A DNA stretch of 40,741 nucleotides from a virus. Lineage: Duplodnaviria > Heunggongvirae > Uroviricota > Caudoviricetes. The DNA lies in IMG/VR virus record IMGVR_UViG_2711768062_000003, positions 1 to 40,741 of that record; one strand, written 5' to 3'. This document shows, piece by piece, positions 26,741 through 36,115 of the stretch (positions are counted from its first letter, which is position 1; each line of letters begins with the position of its first letter). The notes under the pieces were generated by a model that did no database searches, was not told the origin of the DNA, and saw only the letters and a list, made by a program, of their open reading frames with translations. The position numbers were made by a program, and so were the translations under genes.

Positions 26741-27126
26741 TGCCTTTTCTCGATGTCACCGATGTGTTGTCGGATCCTGATTTTTGCGATTACACGCTGG
26801 TCTGCATCCGCAACCACCAGGCGAAGGATGCTGACGGCTTCGTGACCAATACGCCGGAGGATATTCCGTTTAACGGCGTGGTCACCGTCGACCGCTCGCT
26901 GGAAGCCCGGCGCATGGCGGCAGGGCAGGTTATTGGCGGCGCAATCCTGGTGGTTACCACCTTCCGCTTAACGCAGGGCCTGCCCGGTCAGGATGCTGAC
27001 GTGGTGCTCTACAACGGGCGGCATTACCGCGTAACGTTTGTGGATCCGTACACCTCATATGGTGCCGGGTTCGTTCAGGCCCACTGTGAGCTGGTGGAGT
27101 TTAACGGAGGTACGCCAGTTGAATGA
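26740..27126 (+). CDS. Hypothetical head-tail joining region protein
   Basis: 128-aa ORF in tight array. Confidence 0.55.
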   Translation: MPFLDVTDVLSDPDFCDYTLVCIRNHQAKDADGFVTNTPEDIPFNGVVTVDRSLEARRMAAGQVIGGAILVVTTFRLTQGLPGQDADVVLYNGRHYRVTFVDPYTSYGAGFVQAHCELVEFNGGTPVE

Positions 27127-27661
27127 CACCACACATCCCGGATACCTGACGCCTACCAGCCAGCCGCCGCAGTACGACCAGGCGCTTGAGCGCGAGCTCA
27201 GCCGGTGGATTCGCGGTGTTTCTGGCCTGCCGGATGGCATGGCCATACCACGCTTTACTGACCCTCAGCCAGCGATCCCGGTGCTGGGCACCAACTGGTG
27301 CGGGTTTGGTATCACAGACTTCCAGGACACAGCCAACCCGGCATCGGTCACCAAGGACGACGACACCGACTACCAGTGGCAATTCGAATCGCTGGTGGTG
27401 CTCTGCTGTTTCTACGGCCCTGCAGGCCAGGCTTACGCCAAAACGTTTCGTAACGGTCTGTTCGTGTCCCAGAACAACGCTGAGCTAAATCGCGTCGGCC
27501 TCACGCTCGGCGAGGTGGGCCGAATCATCCCGGCGCCCGAGCTCGTTAACAACCAGTGGCAGCGTCGCTACGACCTGTCTGTGACGCTACGCCGCAAAAC
27601 GGTACGCGAGTACGGCATCAAATCCATCCTCTCTGCTCCAGTACAATTTTTCGGAGATTAA
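27119..27661 (+). CDS. Hypothetical tail-module protein
   Basis: Frame open from 27038; most plausible start is TTG at 27119 with GGAGG SD; start uncertain. Confidence 0.5.
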   Translation: MNDTTHPGYLTPTSQPPQYDQALERELSRWIRGVSGLPDGMAIPRFTDPQPAIPVLGTNWCGFGITDFQDTANPASVTKDDDTDYQWQFESLVVLCCFYGPAGQAYAKTFRNGLFVSQNNAELNRVGLTLGEVGRIIPAPELVNNQWQRRYDLSVTLRRKTVREYGIKSILSAPVQFFGD

Positions 27662-27664
27662 ATC

Positions 27665-29155
27665 ATGCCTAACGGCTTATCTGTATCACGCGTCGTTCGC
27701 GTGCAGGTCGCGCTCGCCGTTCGCGCGGCGGCCGGGCGTAACTTCGGCGCGCTGCTGGTTCTCGGCACCGCCGACGTAATCACTGCCCCGGAAGTGATGC
27801 GCCTTTACCAGGATATCGAAAGTGTCGCCACCGACTTTGGCACTACCGCTGAAGAGTACAAGGCGGCAAACCTTTACTTCCAGCAGTCGCCGCAGCCCCG
27901 CGATCTTTATATCGGAAAACTGGAACGCGCCTCCAGCCCGGCAACGGCCGGCAAGCTCACTGGTGCTGTACTGACCTCTGCAGAGCAGGCAATCGCAAAC
28001 TTCACCGCGGTTGACGATGGCGCGATTAAGATCTCGGTGGACGGCACTGTTAAAACCGTAACGGGTATCGACCTGTCAGCGGTGACCGATCTGGCCGGAG
28101 TAGCGACGGCCATCACTGCGAAACTTACCGGCACCGCCGTTTCCTACGTGGCCGGCTCGAATCAGTTTGTGGTGACGTCTTCCACTACCGGGGCCACCTC
28201 AGCAATTGGTATTCCTGTTGCTGCCGGCACTGGCACTGACCTGGCGCCGCTGCTGGGCATTGACTCAGCGCATAACCCAACCGTGTCAAACGGCCAGGAT
28301 GCTTCATCTTCAGTGCTGCCGTCGGTGAACACAGCGCTGAACTACTCAGCCGACTGGTACGGCCTGGTTATCGCCGATACTGCAATGACGGACCAGGACC
28401 ATATCGATGTTTCTGCCCTGATCGGCTCTGCGAGCGATTCCCGGGTGTACGGTGTGACGACTGCGGCGGCCGAGGTCCTGGACTCAACCAGCACCACGGA
28501 TATTGCCTACAGGCTGAAAGCCGCCGGTTATGGCCGCACGTTCTGCCAGTACAGCCAGGTGCCTTATGCCGCAGCCTCTGCCTTTGGTCGCGCGTTCACA
28601 GTAAATTTCCTGGGTAACAACACCACCATTACCCTGAAATTCAAGCAGGAACCGGGCATTACTGCCGAGACGATCACCGCGCAGCAGGCCGATACGCTCA
28701 AGGCAAAAAACTGCAACGTATTTGTGCGCTACGCCAACGATACCGCCATCATCCAGGAAGGCGTGATGTCCAACGGCGATTTCTTCGACGAGCGCCACGG
28801 CCTCGACTGGCTGCAGAATTACGTCCAGAACAACCTCTGGAACCTGCTTTACACCTCAACCACCAAAATCCCGCAGACCGAAGCGGGCGTGACGCGCCTG
28901 GTGACCAATGTCGAACAGTCGATGGACCAGTCTGTAAACAACGGTCTGGTGGCACCGGGAATCTGGAACGGCGGTGACGTCGGACAGCTGACATCAGGCG
29001 ATATGCTGACCAAAGGCTATTACGTTTACGCGAACCCGCTCAACGCCCAGGCGCAGGCAGATCGTGAAGCGCGTAAGGCGCCGGTGATTCAGGTAGCAAC
29101 CAAACTGGCGGGGGCTATCCACTTCGCTGATGTATTAATCGACGTGGTGCGCTAA
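27665..29155 (+). CDS. Tail sheath protein (contractile tail)
   Basis: 496-aa ORF followed by tube-size gene, chaperone with frameshift and tape measure; size equals Mu L sheath. Confidence 0.65.
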   Translation: MPNGLSVSRVVRVQVALAVRAAAGRNFGALLVLGTADVITAPEVMRLYQDIESVATDFGTTAEEYKAANLYFQQSPQPRDLYIGKLERASSPATAGKLTGAVLTSAEQAIANFTAVDDGAIKISVDGTVKTVTGIDLSAVTDLAGVATAITAKLTGTAVSYVAGSNQFVVTSSTTGATSAIGIPVAAGTGTDLAPLLGIDSAHNPTVSNGQDASSSVLPSVNTALNYSADWYGLVIADTAMTDQDHIDVSALIGSASDSRVYGVTTAAAEVLDSTSTTDIAYRLKAAGYGRTFCQYSQVPYAAASAFGRAFTVNFLGNNTTITLKFKQEPGITAETITAQQADTLKAKNCNVFVRYANDTAIIQEGVMSNGDFFDERHGLDWLQNYVQNNLWNLLYTSTTKIPQTEAGVTRLVTNVEQSMDQSVNNGLVAPGIWNGGDVGQLTSGDMLTKGYYVYANPLNAQAQADREARKAPVIQVATKLAGAIHFADVLIDVVR

Positions 29156-29166
29156 GGGGGCACTGA

Positions 29167-29607
29167 ATGAGCACTTATTCTTTTCTGGATATCACGGGGT
29201 CAATGACTGGCCCCACCGGGGTGATTGACCTCGGCGCCGGTTCTGCCAACTCCGAAGAGGGCATTACCATCGCCATGGTCGAAAACAAAAACACCATGAC
29301 GATCGGCGCTGACGGCGAGGGCATGCACTCCCTGCACGCCGGCAAGGCTGGAACGGTAACCGTTAACCTTCTGAAAACCTCGCCGGTGAACAAAAAGCTG
29401 TCTCTGGCCTACAACGCGCAAAGCCAGTCCTCAGCGCTGTGGGGTAATAACGTCTTTGTGTTCCGCAACACTGCATCTGGCGACATCATGACCGCGCGCG
29501 GCGGCGCCTTCCAGAAGCACCCCGACTGGCAGAACGCCAAAGAGGGCGGGACGGTGGCCTGGGTGTTCGACTGCATCAAAATTGACCCGTTCCTGGGGGA
29601 GTATTAA
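29167..29607 (+). CDS. Tail tube protein
   Basis: 146-aa ORF between sheath and chaperone genes. Confidence 0.6.
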   Translation: MSTYSFLDITGSMTGPTGVIDLGAGSANSEEGITIAMVENKNTMTIGADGEGMHSLHAGKAGTVTVNLLKTSPVNKKLSLAYNAQSQSSALWGNNVFVFRNTASGDIMTARGGAFQKHPDWQNAKEGGTVAWVFDCIKIDPFLGEY

Positions 29608-29610
29608 TTC

Positions 29611-30036
29611 ATGGAAATTACTATCAAGGATCAGCAGTACCGTATCGCTAAGTTAAGCGTTTTCGAACAGCTGAAGGTATCCCGCAAGCTGCTGCCGGTT
29701 CTGGCGGGTCTGGTTTCTGACTTCCGTAACATCCAGACGAAGCTGAATGCCAAAGACACCGAAGGCGCGATGGAAAGTATTCTTCCGAAGATCGCTGGCG
29801 CCGTTTCCGGCCTCAGTGATGATGATGTGAATGCGATCCTTTTTCCCTGCCTGCAGGTGGTGGCGCGCAAACACTTGAGCGCCTGGGTGCCGGTGTGCCA
29901 GCAGGGCACCATGGCCTTTGACGATATCGACCTGTTCGTGATGCTGCAGCTTGTGGCGCGGGTGGTCGCCGATTCGCTGGGAAATTTTTTGCAAGGACTT
30001 CCTACCAGCGAGACGAACACCCAGCCTGCGGAATAA
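29611..30036 (+). CDS. Tail assembly chaperone (G-like), short form
   Basis: 141-aa ORF immediately upstream of tape measure; open -1 frame downstream extends to 30224. Confidence 0.6.
   Translation: MEITIKDQQYRIAKLSVFEQLKVSRKLLPVLAGLVSDFRNIQTKLNAKDTEGAMESILPKIAGAVSGLSDDDVNAILFPCLQVVARKHLSAWVPVCQQGTMAFDDIDLFVMLQLVARVVADSLGNFLQGLPTSETNTQPAE
29985..29991 (+). other. Candidate -1 programmed ribosomal frameshift site (T TTT TTG) producing an extended chaperone, 29611..30224
   Basis: Slippery heptamer in the chaperone frame; -1 frame is open from here to TGA at 30222-30224 (about 78 extra codons, no start codon of its own), overlapping the tape-measure start. Confidence 0.45.
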
Positions 30037-30216
30037 CCTTTAACACCCTGCCGGGCGGTGAGGATTACATCCTTCGCCCGGCGCTCGCCTTCAACCTCGA
30101 TCAGAAAGACCTCGACAGCGGTGCAGTGGACCTGTGCCGCATCGCGCTGCTTAACGATTACCTCGATATGCGTGACGATAACGACGCGCGCGTAGCCAAA
30201 TGGAGAGCCCAGAACA

Positions 30217-32196
30217 ATGGCTGATACTATCCGTGATTACCTGGTCTCTCTGGGGTTCGATATCGACGGCGCGGGCCAGGCGAAGTTTGAAGCCACGCTC
30301 AAAGGTGTGGCCGCGAACGTCGTAAAACTGGGGGCCATAGTTGAGTCGACGGGGCTGGCCATTGTGGGCTTCACCGCCTCGATCGCCAGCGGCCTTGATA
30401 AACTCTACTGGGCCGCGGAACGCACCGGGGCATCGGTCAACGGCATCAAGGCGCTTGGCTATGCTGCCTCACAAACCGGCTCCAGCGCCGAGGCTGCCCA
30501 GAACTCACTGGAGAGCCTGGCGCGCTTCATGCGCAGCAATCCCGGCGCCGAAGGCTTCCTGAACCGCCTGGGGGTGCAGACCCGGGACGCTTCCGGACAG
30601 ATGCGCGACATGTCGGCTATCTTCACCGGCGTCGGCCAGCGCCTCAGCAGCATGCCCTATTATCGAGCCAATCAGTTCGCGCAGATGCTGGGCATTGACG
30701 AAAACACGCTGATGGCAATGCGGCGAGGAATGTCCGGCTTCACGGCTGAATACCAGTCGATGATGCAGAAGACAGGCTTCGATGCTGACAGGGCCGCGCA
30801 GCAGTCCAACAAGTTCATGACCTCAATGCGCAACTTCGTTTCGCTACTGGGGATCTTGCGCGATAAGGTTGGCTCGAATCTGGCCGGCGGCCTGAGCGGC
30901 ACGCTGAACAATCTCAGCAAGCAGATGCTGGAGAACTGGCCGAAGATAGAGGGCGTGGTCACGAAGATAGTGAAGGGGGTGCTCTTTGCTGCTGATGTCA
31001 TTACCCAGATGGCGTGGCGCGTCTCGCAGGCGGTAGGCGGCCTGATTGAGTGGTTTAAAAAGCTGCCGCCGGATATACAGCAGCTAATCATGCTGGTGTC
31101 CGGGCTGGTTTCGGCGTGGCAGCTGCTTAACGCTGAGTTCCTCAAATCGCCGATAGGTATCGTAATCGCGCTAGGCTCGGCGCTGTTCGCGCTTTACGAC
31201 GACTACAAAACCTGGAAAGAAGGCGGTCAAAGCCTGCTGCCCTGGGATAAATGGGAGCCAGAAATAGAGGCTGCCCTGAAATCGCTTGGCGAGCTGCGGG
31301 ATTCTGTGAAGGCGATAGGGGTTGAAATCGCAAAGCTGCTCAATATCAACCTCAAAAACTGGACCCTTAAAGGCGACATCGACAACCTCACTAAGCAGTT
31401 CGGTGAGTTTGGCAAGATGATTAAGATGATTGGCGACCTGATAAACGCCATCAACGAGGGGCGTTGGAAAGATGCTTATGCGATCGGCAAGAACCTGCTG
31501 GCACAAGGGCAAGGCCAGGATGCTCTACCTGCAGTATCTGACAGCGCTAACAATACTGCTGACTGGATAGAGGGCAAGACGGGGTTCGACCCGCGAAGCA
31601 TCGGGAAAACAATAAACGGGTGGATTTTCGGCAAAGAAGAGGGCGGCTCAGACCAGCAGGAGAGCGGCCCGGGCAAGACGCTGGCCGACCGTAACAACAA
31701 TCCTGGCAACCTGCGCCCCGTCGGCGGCACCGGTTTTACCTCTCATCAGACGCCGCTTGATGGTTGGATGGCAATGGCCAGGCAGATCCGTCTTTATTTC
31801 ACCGGAAAAAGCGCGGCCGCCGGGTATGAAAAACTCCAGTCAATATGGGACATCATCCACAAATACGCACCTGCCAGCGACAACAACGACCCCGAGGCCT
31901 ATTCGAACTTCGTAGCCAATATGATGGGCGTGGGCGCTAAGGACACGCTGAACCTGAGCGACCCGCAGCAGTTCAGCAACCTTCTGCAGGCCATGTCCAG
32001 GAAGGAAGGTTACGGTCAGTGGAATTCCCCATTGGCCAGCGTTGCCGCTACGCAGGCAGCCGCGCAGATCAGCCAGGAAACGAACATCAATATTTACGGC
32101 GCGAGCGACCCGGCATCCACTGGCCGGGAGGTTGCCGATCGTCAATCCGGCGTTAATTCCCGTCTTACTCAGCAGCTACAACCGAGGGTCTACTGA
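30217..32196 (+). CDS. Tail tape measure protein
   Basis: 659-aa ORF; Ala/Gly/Met/Gln-rich composition typical of tape measure; follows chaperone/frameshift pair. Confidence 0.8.
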   Translation: MADTIRDYLVSLGFDIDGAGQAKFEATLKGVAANVVKLGAIVESTGLAIVGFTASIASGLDKLYWAAERTGASVNGIKALGYAASQTGSSAEAAQNSLESLARFMRSNPGAEGFLNRLGVQTRDASGQMRDMSAIFTGVGQRLSSMPYYRANQFAQMLGIDENTLMAMRRGMSGFTAEYQSMMQKTGFDADRAAQQSNKFMTSMRNFVSLLGILRDKVGSNLAGGLSGTLNNLSKQMLENWPKIEGVVTKIVKGVLFAADVITQMAWRVSQAVGGLIEWFKKLPPDIQQLIMLVSGLVSAWQLLNAEFLKSPIGIVIALGSALFALYDDYKTWKEGGQSLLPWDKWEPEIEAALKSLGELRDSVKAIGVEIAKLLNINLKNWTLKGDIDNLTKQFGEFGKMIKMIGDLINAINEGRWKDAYAIGKNLLAQGQGQDALPAVSDSANNTADWIEGKTGFDPRSIGKTINGWIFGKEEGGSDQQESGPGKTLADRNNNPGNLRPVGGTGFTSHQTPLDGWMAMARQIRLYFTGKSAAAGYEKLQSIWDIIHKYAPASDNNDPEAYSNFVANMMGVGAKDTLNLSDPQQFSNLLQAMSRKEGYGQWNSPLASVAATQAAAQISQETNINIYGASDPASTGREVADRQSGVNSRLTQQLQPRVY

Positions 32197-32771
32197 TGGA
32201 TATTTTATCGGTCATCTTCCGGCTGCAGTCTCGGAAAATAGGTATTTTTGTACCTGACGTGGTGGTGTCGGAGAAGCATGTTGATGCCCTGGAAATCACT
32301 GAACATCCGGTGGAGTTTGGCGCCGCCATAAACGACCACGCCTATAAGCGCGCCAGCGAGGTCACTATGGAGTGCGGGTTTGCCGGCGGCGGGTCGGTAC
32401 TCGACCTGGTAAATCTGTCCAGCATAGGCTTGCGGGTTGGCGAGAGCCCAAGGGAGATTTATCAGCAGTTGCTGGATCTGCAGAAATCCCGGGTGCCGTT
32501 TGATGTTGTTACCGGCAAGCGCACCTACAGCAATATGCTGATACGCGCTATCGAGGCCACGACGGACCGAACCAGCGAAAATGTGCTGTCATGCGTTCTG
32601 ACGCTGCGGGAAGTGATCATGTCGGATACGCAGAGCATCACTGTTACGGATAAGGCCAACATGCAGGAGGGAGTCAGCACCGCGCCAGTACAGAATACAG
32701 GGATGAAATCTCTGGTGCCGACCAGCAGCTCATCTGTAATTCAAAAGATAGCCGATTTTGCGAGGGGATAA
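32196..32771 (+). CDS. Tail/baseplate assembly protein (Mu gp43-position)
   Basis: 191-aa ORF; ATG overlaps tape-measure stop. Confidence 0.5.
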   Translation: MDILSVIFRLQSRKIGIFVPDVVVSEKHVDALEITEHPVEFGAAINDHAYKRASEVTMECGFAGGGSVLDLVNLSSIGLRVGESPREIYQQLLDLQKSRVPFDVVTGKRTYSNMLIRAIEATTDRTSENVLSCVLTLREVIMSDTQSITVTDKANMQEGVSTAPVQNTGMKSLVPTSSSSVIQKIADFARG

Positions 32772-33076
32772 TGAGCGTTAATGAGATTCCGATGATCCCT
32801 GATAACCAGGAGTTTCGCATCACCCTGGGCGACATAAGCTACACGCTCCGCGTGCTATGGCGCGACGATGCTGGCTGGATAATGGACGTTATGGATAGCG
32901 GCGCGCAGCCTCTGTTAATGGGCGTCCCCCTGGTGCCGGGGGTTAACCTTTTGGCTCAGTATCCGGATCTGGGGATATCTGGCGCACTGGTGGTCATGAC
33001 AGACAACGGAGCCCCTGAATACCCGACGAAAACAAACCTTGGTGCCTCGAGCCATCTTTATTTTGTTCAGGAATAG
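32771..33076 (+). CDS. Hypothetical tail protein
   Basis: 101-aa ORF in tight array. Confidence 0.5.
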   Translation: MSVNEIPMIPDNQEFRITLGDISYTLRVLWRDDAGWIMDVMDSGAQPLLMGVPLVPGVNLLAQYPDLGISGALVVMTDNGAPEYPTKTNLGASSHLYFVQE

Positions 33077-33079
33077 CCC

Positions 33080-34150
33080 ATGACTATTAACTGGAATCGC
33101 CATTTTGAACTGCGGCTTCTGAACGACAAGGGGAATGGCATATCCCTGTCGGACTTTAAAGTTACCTTCGCAATCGACTGGTTTAACTCGATGTGGCCAC
33201 GTGTGGCGACGCTTAAAATTTACAACCTCAAGCGTGACACAATCACCCGGATTACGGGGGATGAGTTTTCTCGCATTACCATCATAGCCGGTTATAACGG
33301 CCTGGCGCCGACGGTTACTGAAAGCGAGGTTGGGCAGGTTACCGAGATTTCATCTGAGCAAACCGGCCAGACGCGCGGGCAAAATTACGGAGTCATTTTT
33401 GATGGGGAGATTCGTTTTACGATAACCGGGCGCGATAATCCTACCGATATTTTTACGCTAATTCAGTCGGTAGATGGTCATAAGGCGTTCAACGAAGCCG
33501 TATCGTCCGGCAGCCTGGCGGCAGGATATAAGCTTGCCGACGTGCATACACTTCTGATGAAGGACTTTTCGCCTTACGGCATCACCCAGGGCATCACCGG
33601 GCAGTTCCCTGACAGGGTGATGCCACGCGGTCGCGTCTTCTTCGGCGCAACGCGCGACTACATGAGCAACCTAGCGGCGCAGTGCGAGGCTAACTGGCAA
33701 TTTGTCGACGGCCAGCTGCAAATGGTGCCTGAGAATAAATATCTCCATGAAGCGATCGTGCTTAACACCAAAACTGGCCTGGTCGGTATGCCTCAGCAAA
33801 CCATGGGGGCAGGCGTTAATGTGCGCTGTCTCATTAATCCAAACATTCGGGTTAACGGGCTTATTCAGTTGAACCAGGACTCGGTGTATCGCTCGCAATT
33901 ACCGAACGATGAGATCCAAAGATCACAGGCAAGGATTACTGAGGCAAATGATAATGGTAATCTTAGTACAGGCAGCGCGACGCTTGCGCAGCCCGCCAGT
34001 GTGGCAACTGATGGCGTTTACATAGTTCAGTCAATCAGCTACACCGGCGATACGAGAGGGAATCCGTGGTATATGGATCTCATGTGTATGGCCAGAGGGG
34101 CGCGTGATTTACAATCGAATACGGCCCTACAGCGAACGGCTCCACAATGA
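33080..34150 (+). CDS. Baseplate hub-like protein (Mu gpP / late control D-like position)
   Basis: 356-aa ORF after tape measure; size and position match Mu gp44. Confidence 0.55.
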   Translation: MTINWNRHFELRLLNDKGNGISLSDFKVTFAIDWFNSMWPRVATLKIYNLKRDTITRITGDEFSRITIIAGYNGLAPTVTESEVGQVTEISSEQTGQTRGQNYGVIFDGEIRFTITGRDNPTDIFTLIQSVDGHKAFNEAVSSGSLAAGYKLADVHTLLMKDFSPYGITQGITGQFPDRVMPRGRVFFGATRDYMSNLAAQCEANWQFVDGQLQMVPENKYLHEAIVLNTKTGLVGMPQQTMGAGVNVRCLINPNIRVNGLIQLNQDSVYRSQLPNDEIQRSQARITEANDNGNLSTGSATLAQPASVATDGVYIVQSISYTGDTRGNPWYMDLMCMARGARDLQSNTALQRTAPQ

Positions 34151-34503
34151 AAAAAATACTTTTTTTGGTTTCTTTAGCATTCGTCAGTTTTTCTTCTACA
34201 GCGGCAAACACCGCTTATATGAAGTGTGGTCCCTTTACTTTCTCAACCTCATCAAGCAACGACGGATATCCGAGGATAAACGGAGCAAAGCCTGATAGTC
34301 AGAAGGTGACATTCCTCAAAAAAGAGGGAGATTATGACAATATTAAAATGCAATGGATTGTCATGAATGAGAATTCTGGGCAGCGCTATGGTCTTGATTA
34401 TATAAAACGCAATGGGAGAGGGATACTCAATGCCGAGGCCATCAGAATGAACATGAATGAACCTCGAGTGTTTGGAACTTACGACTGCGTGAAGGCTAAG
34501 TGA
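34147..34503 (+). CDS. Small secreted protein (cleavable signal peptide, 2 Cys), AT-rich moron
   Basis: 118 aa; MKKILFLVSLAFVSFSSTA-ANT signal peptide; ATGA overlap with baseplate gene stop; AT-rich unlike flanks. Confidence 0.55.
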   Translation: MKKILFLVSLAFVSFSSTAANTAYMKCGPFTFSTSSSNDGYPRINGAKPDSQKVTFLKKEGDYDNIKMQWIVMNENSGQRYGLDYIKRNGRGILNAEAIRMNMNEPRVFGTYDCVKAK

Positions 34504-34508
34504 TTTAA

Positions 34509-34535
34509 TAAAGGCGCCGGAACTACCGGCGCTCA
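34509..34535 (-). terminator. Rho-independent terminator (minus strand; weaker on plus)
   Basis: GGCGCCGG-aacta-CCGGCGC hairpin; T-rich tail (TTTATTAAA) on minus strand. Confidence 0.55.
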
Positions 34536-34536
34536 G

Positions 34537-34887
34537 TTACTCGTCTTTAAAACTTATAATTTTGTACTGCTCCAGTACTTCTGAAAGCTCCTTTGATGTC
34601 AGATTTTGTATTTCGATCGTACCTTTTTCAGTGGTTACCGTTATTTTTTTTGATGATCTGGTCTGTAACCATTTTCTCGCTATCGATGCAATGGCGATAC
34701 AAGCTGGTGATGATGTGATAACGGTAATAGATATTTCGAGAATTGTGCCAATAGCGCCAGGAGAATCACCCGTTCTGACTCTTTTACTTACTACATAGTC
34801 ATTAGCGGGTATGTTATCCTGGATTACAGGAAGTAACTCTTTCCAAATAGCTGGAGTAAATTTTATGGTTGTTTCTGATTTTGGCAT
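34537..34887 (-). CDS. Hypothetical protein (AT-rich moron, antisense to tail genes)
   Basis: 116-aa ORF with its own terminator; weak SD; overlaps a possible 53-aa plus-strand ORF (34865..35026), so one of the two may be spurious. Confidence 0.4.
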   Translation of the reverse strand: MPKSETTIKFTPAIWKELLPVIQDNIPANDYVVSKRVRTGDSPGAIGTILEISITVITSSPACIAIASIARKWLQTRSSKKITVTTEKGTIEIQNLTSKELSEVLEQYKIISFKDE

Positions 34888-35066
34888 AAAGGTTTCAGGC
34901 CCCTATCGAGAGAAGCTAAAAATTGCCTACCGGCTTTTCCTTAGCAGCCTGTATCTTGCTACAAATCACGACGTTACCGTGGTTCTAAGCAAAACCTATA
35001 TTAAGAGCTGCAATGAAGATAAATAGCACGCATTAACTCACCCTCAAATCCTGACATTTGATCAGT

Positions 35067-35090
35067 AACCCGCCTCGGCGGGTTTTTTAT
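35067..35090 (+). terminator. Rho-independent terminator
   Basis: CCCGC-ctcg-GCGGG followed by TTTTTT, 16 nt upstream of the spike gene. Confidence 0.6.
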
Positions 35091-35105
35091 TACCTGGAGA
35101 AAGCT

Positions 35106-35759
35106 ATGCCAGTATCAGCCCGCGCGCAGGACGGCAACGAATCGCAGACTCTTGAGGCGCACCGCCACGCCATTTTCGGCAGCCTGCGCGTGGCTTTGCC
35201 GGGGATCATCCAGTCCTTTGACCCTGAAACAGTGACATGCACCGTGCAGCCAGCCATCTACGGTCAGCGGCTCAGCGACGATGGCGCTCTGGTTTCTGAG
35301 GAGATACCGATTTTGCCAGACGTTCCAGTGGTGTTCCCCCGCGGCGGTGGCTGCACGTTAACCTTCCCGGTAAAGGCCGGTGACGAGTGCCTCCTGGTCT
35401 TCTCCGATCGCTGCATCGACTTCTGGTGGCAGAGCGGCGGGGTGCAGGAACCGGTTGACCCGCGCCAGCATGACCTGAGTGATGCGTTTGCCATTGTGGG
35501 TCCGCAGTCGCAGGCGCAGAAAATCAGCAGCATCAGTACCAGTGCGGTTGAACTGCGCAGTGACGACGGTGGAACAAAACTGAGCCTTAACCCTTCATCC
35601 GGAGCGATAACGGGAACCGCGCCGGGAGGCTTCAACCTTAACGGTCTGAAAATTCTGCCTGACGGCCGCCTGCAGCTGGTGGATGGCTCCATGGTTGATA
35701 AGCATACGCATGGCGGCGTGGAAGTCGGCGGCAGCAATACGAAACCACTGGGAGGGTAA
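35106..35759 (+). CDS. Baseplate central spike protein (gpV / Mu gp45-like)
   Basis: ATG with GGAGA SD; 217 aa; size/position as baseplate spike; C-terminal Gly-rich tail. Confidence 0.55.
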   Translation: MPVSARAQDGNESQTLEAHRHAIFGSLRVALPGIIQSFDPETVTCTVQPAIYGQRLSDDGALVSEEIPILPDVPVVFPRGGGCTLTFPVKAGDECLLVFSDRCIDFWWQSGGVQEPVDPRQHDLSDAFAIVGPQSQAQKISSISTSAVELRSDDGGTKLSLNPSSGAITGTAPGGFNLNGLKILPDGRLQLVDGSMVDKHTHGGVEVGGSNTKPLGG

Positions 35760-35761
35760 TT

Positions 35762-36115
35762 ATGCGATACCGACGCGAAGACGACGACGGGGACTACACC
35801 TTCGGCCAGGGCGATGACACCTTTCTGGTCAACTCACCCGAGTGCGTGGCCCAGGCCGTTAAAACGCGCTTTGAACTGTGGAAGGGGCAATGGTTTCTGG
35901 ACACAACCGAGGGCACACCCTATATCCAGTCGGTTCTGGGAAAGCAAAGGCCTGAGGTTTATAACCTTGCGATCAGGGATCGCATCAGCACCACACCTGG
36001 CGTTCTGTCCATACTGGCCTTTGATACCGTGAATGAAAGCACGACACGCCGGGTAACGTTCACAGCCACCATAAACACTATCTACGGACAAACCACCCTT
36101 ACCAGCGAGGCATAA
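35762..36115 (+). CDS. Baseplate wedge protein (gp25/gpW-like position)
   Basis: 117-aa ORF between spike and J-like genes. Confidence 0.5.
   Translation: MRYRREDDDGDYTFGQGDDTFLVNSPECVAQAVKTRFELWKGQWFLDTTEGTPYIQSVLGKQRPEVYNLAIRDRISTTPGVLSILAFDTVNESTTRRVTFTATINTIYGQTTLTSEA

Noticed and set aside
34943-34962. CTGTATCTTGCTACAA motif resembling a LexA box
   Set aside because: Second half-site is ACAA rather than ACAG and flanking bases do not fit the consensus; too weak to call.
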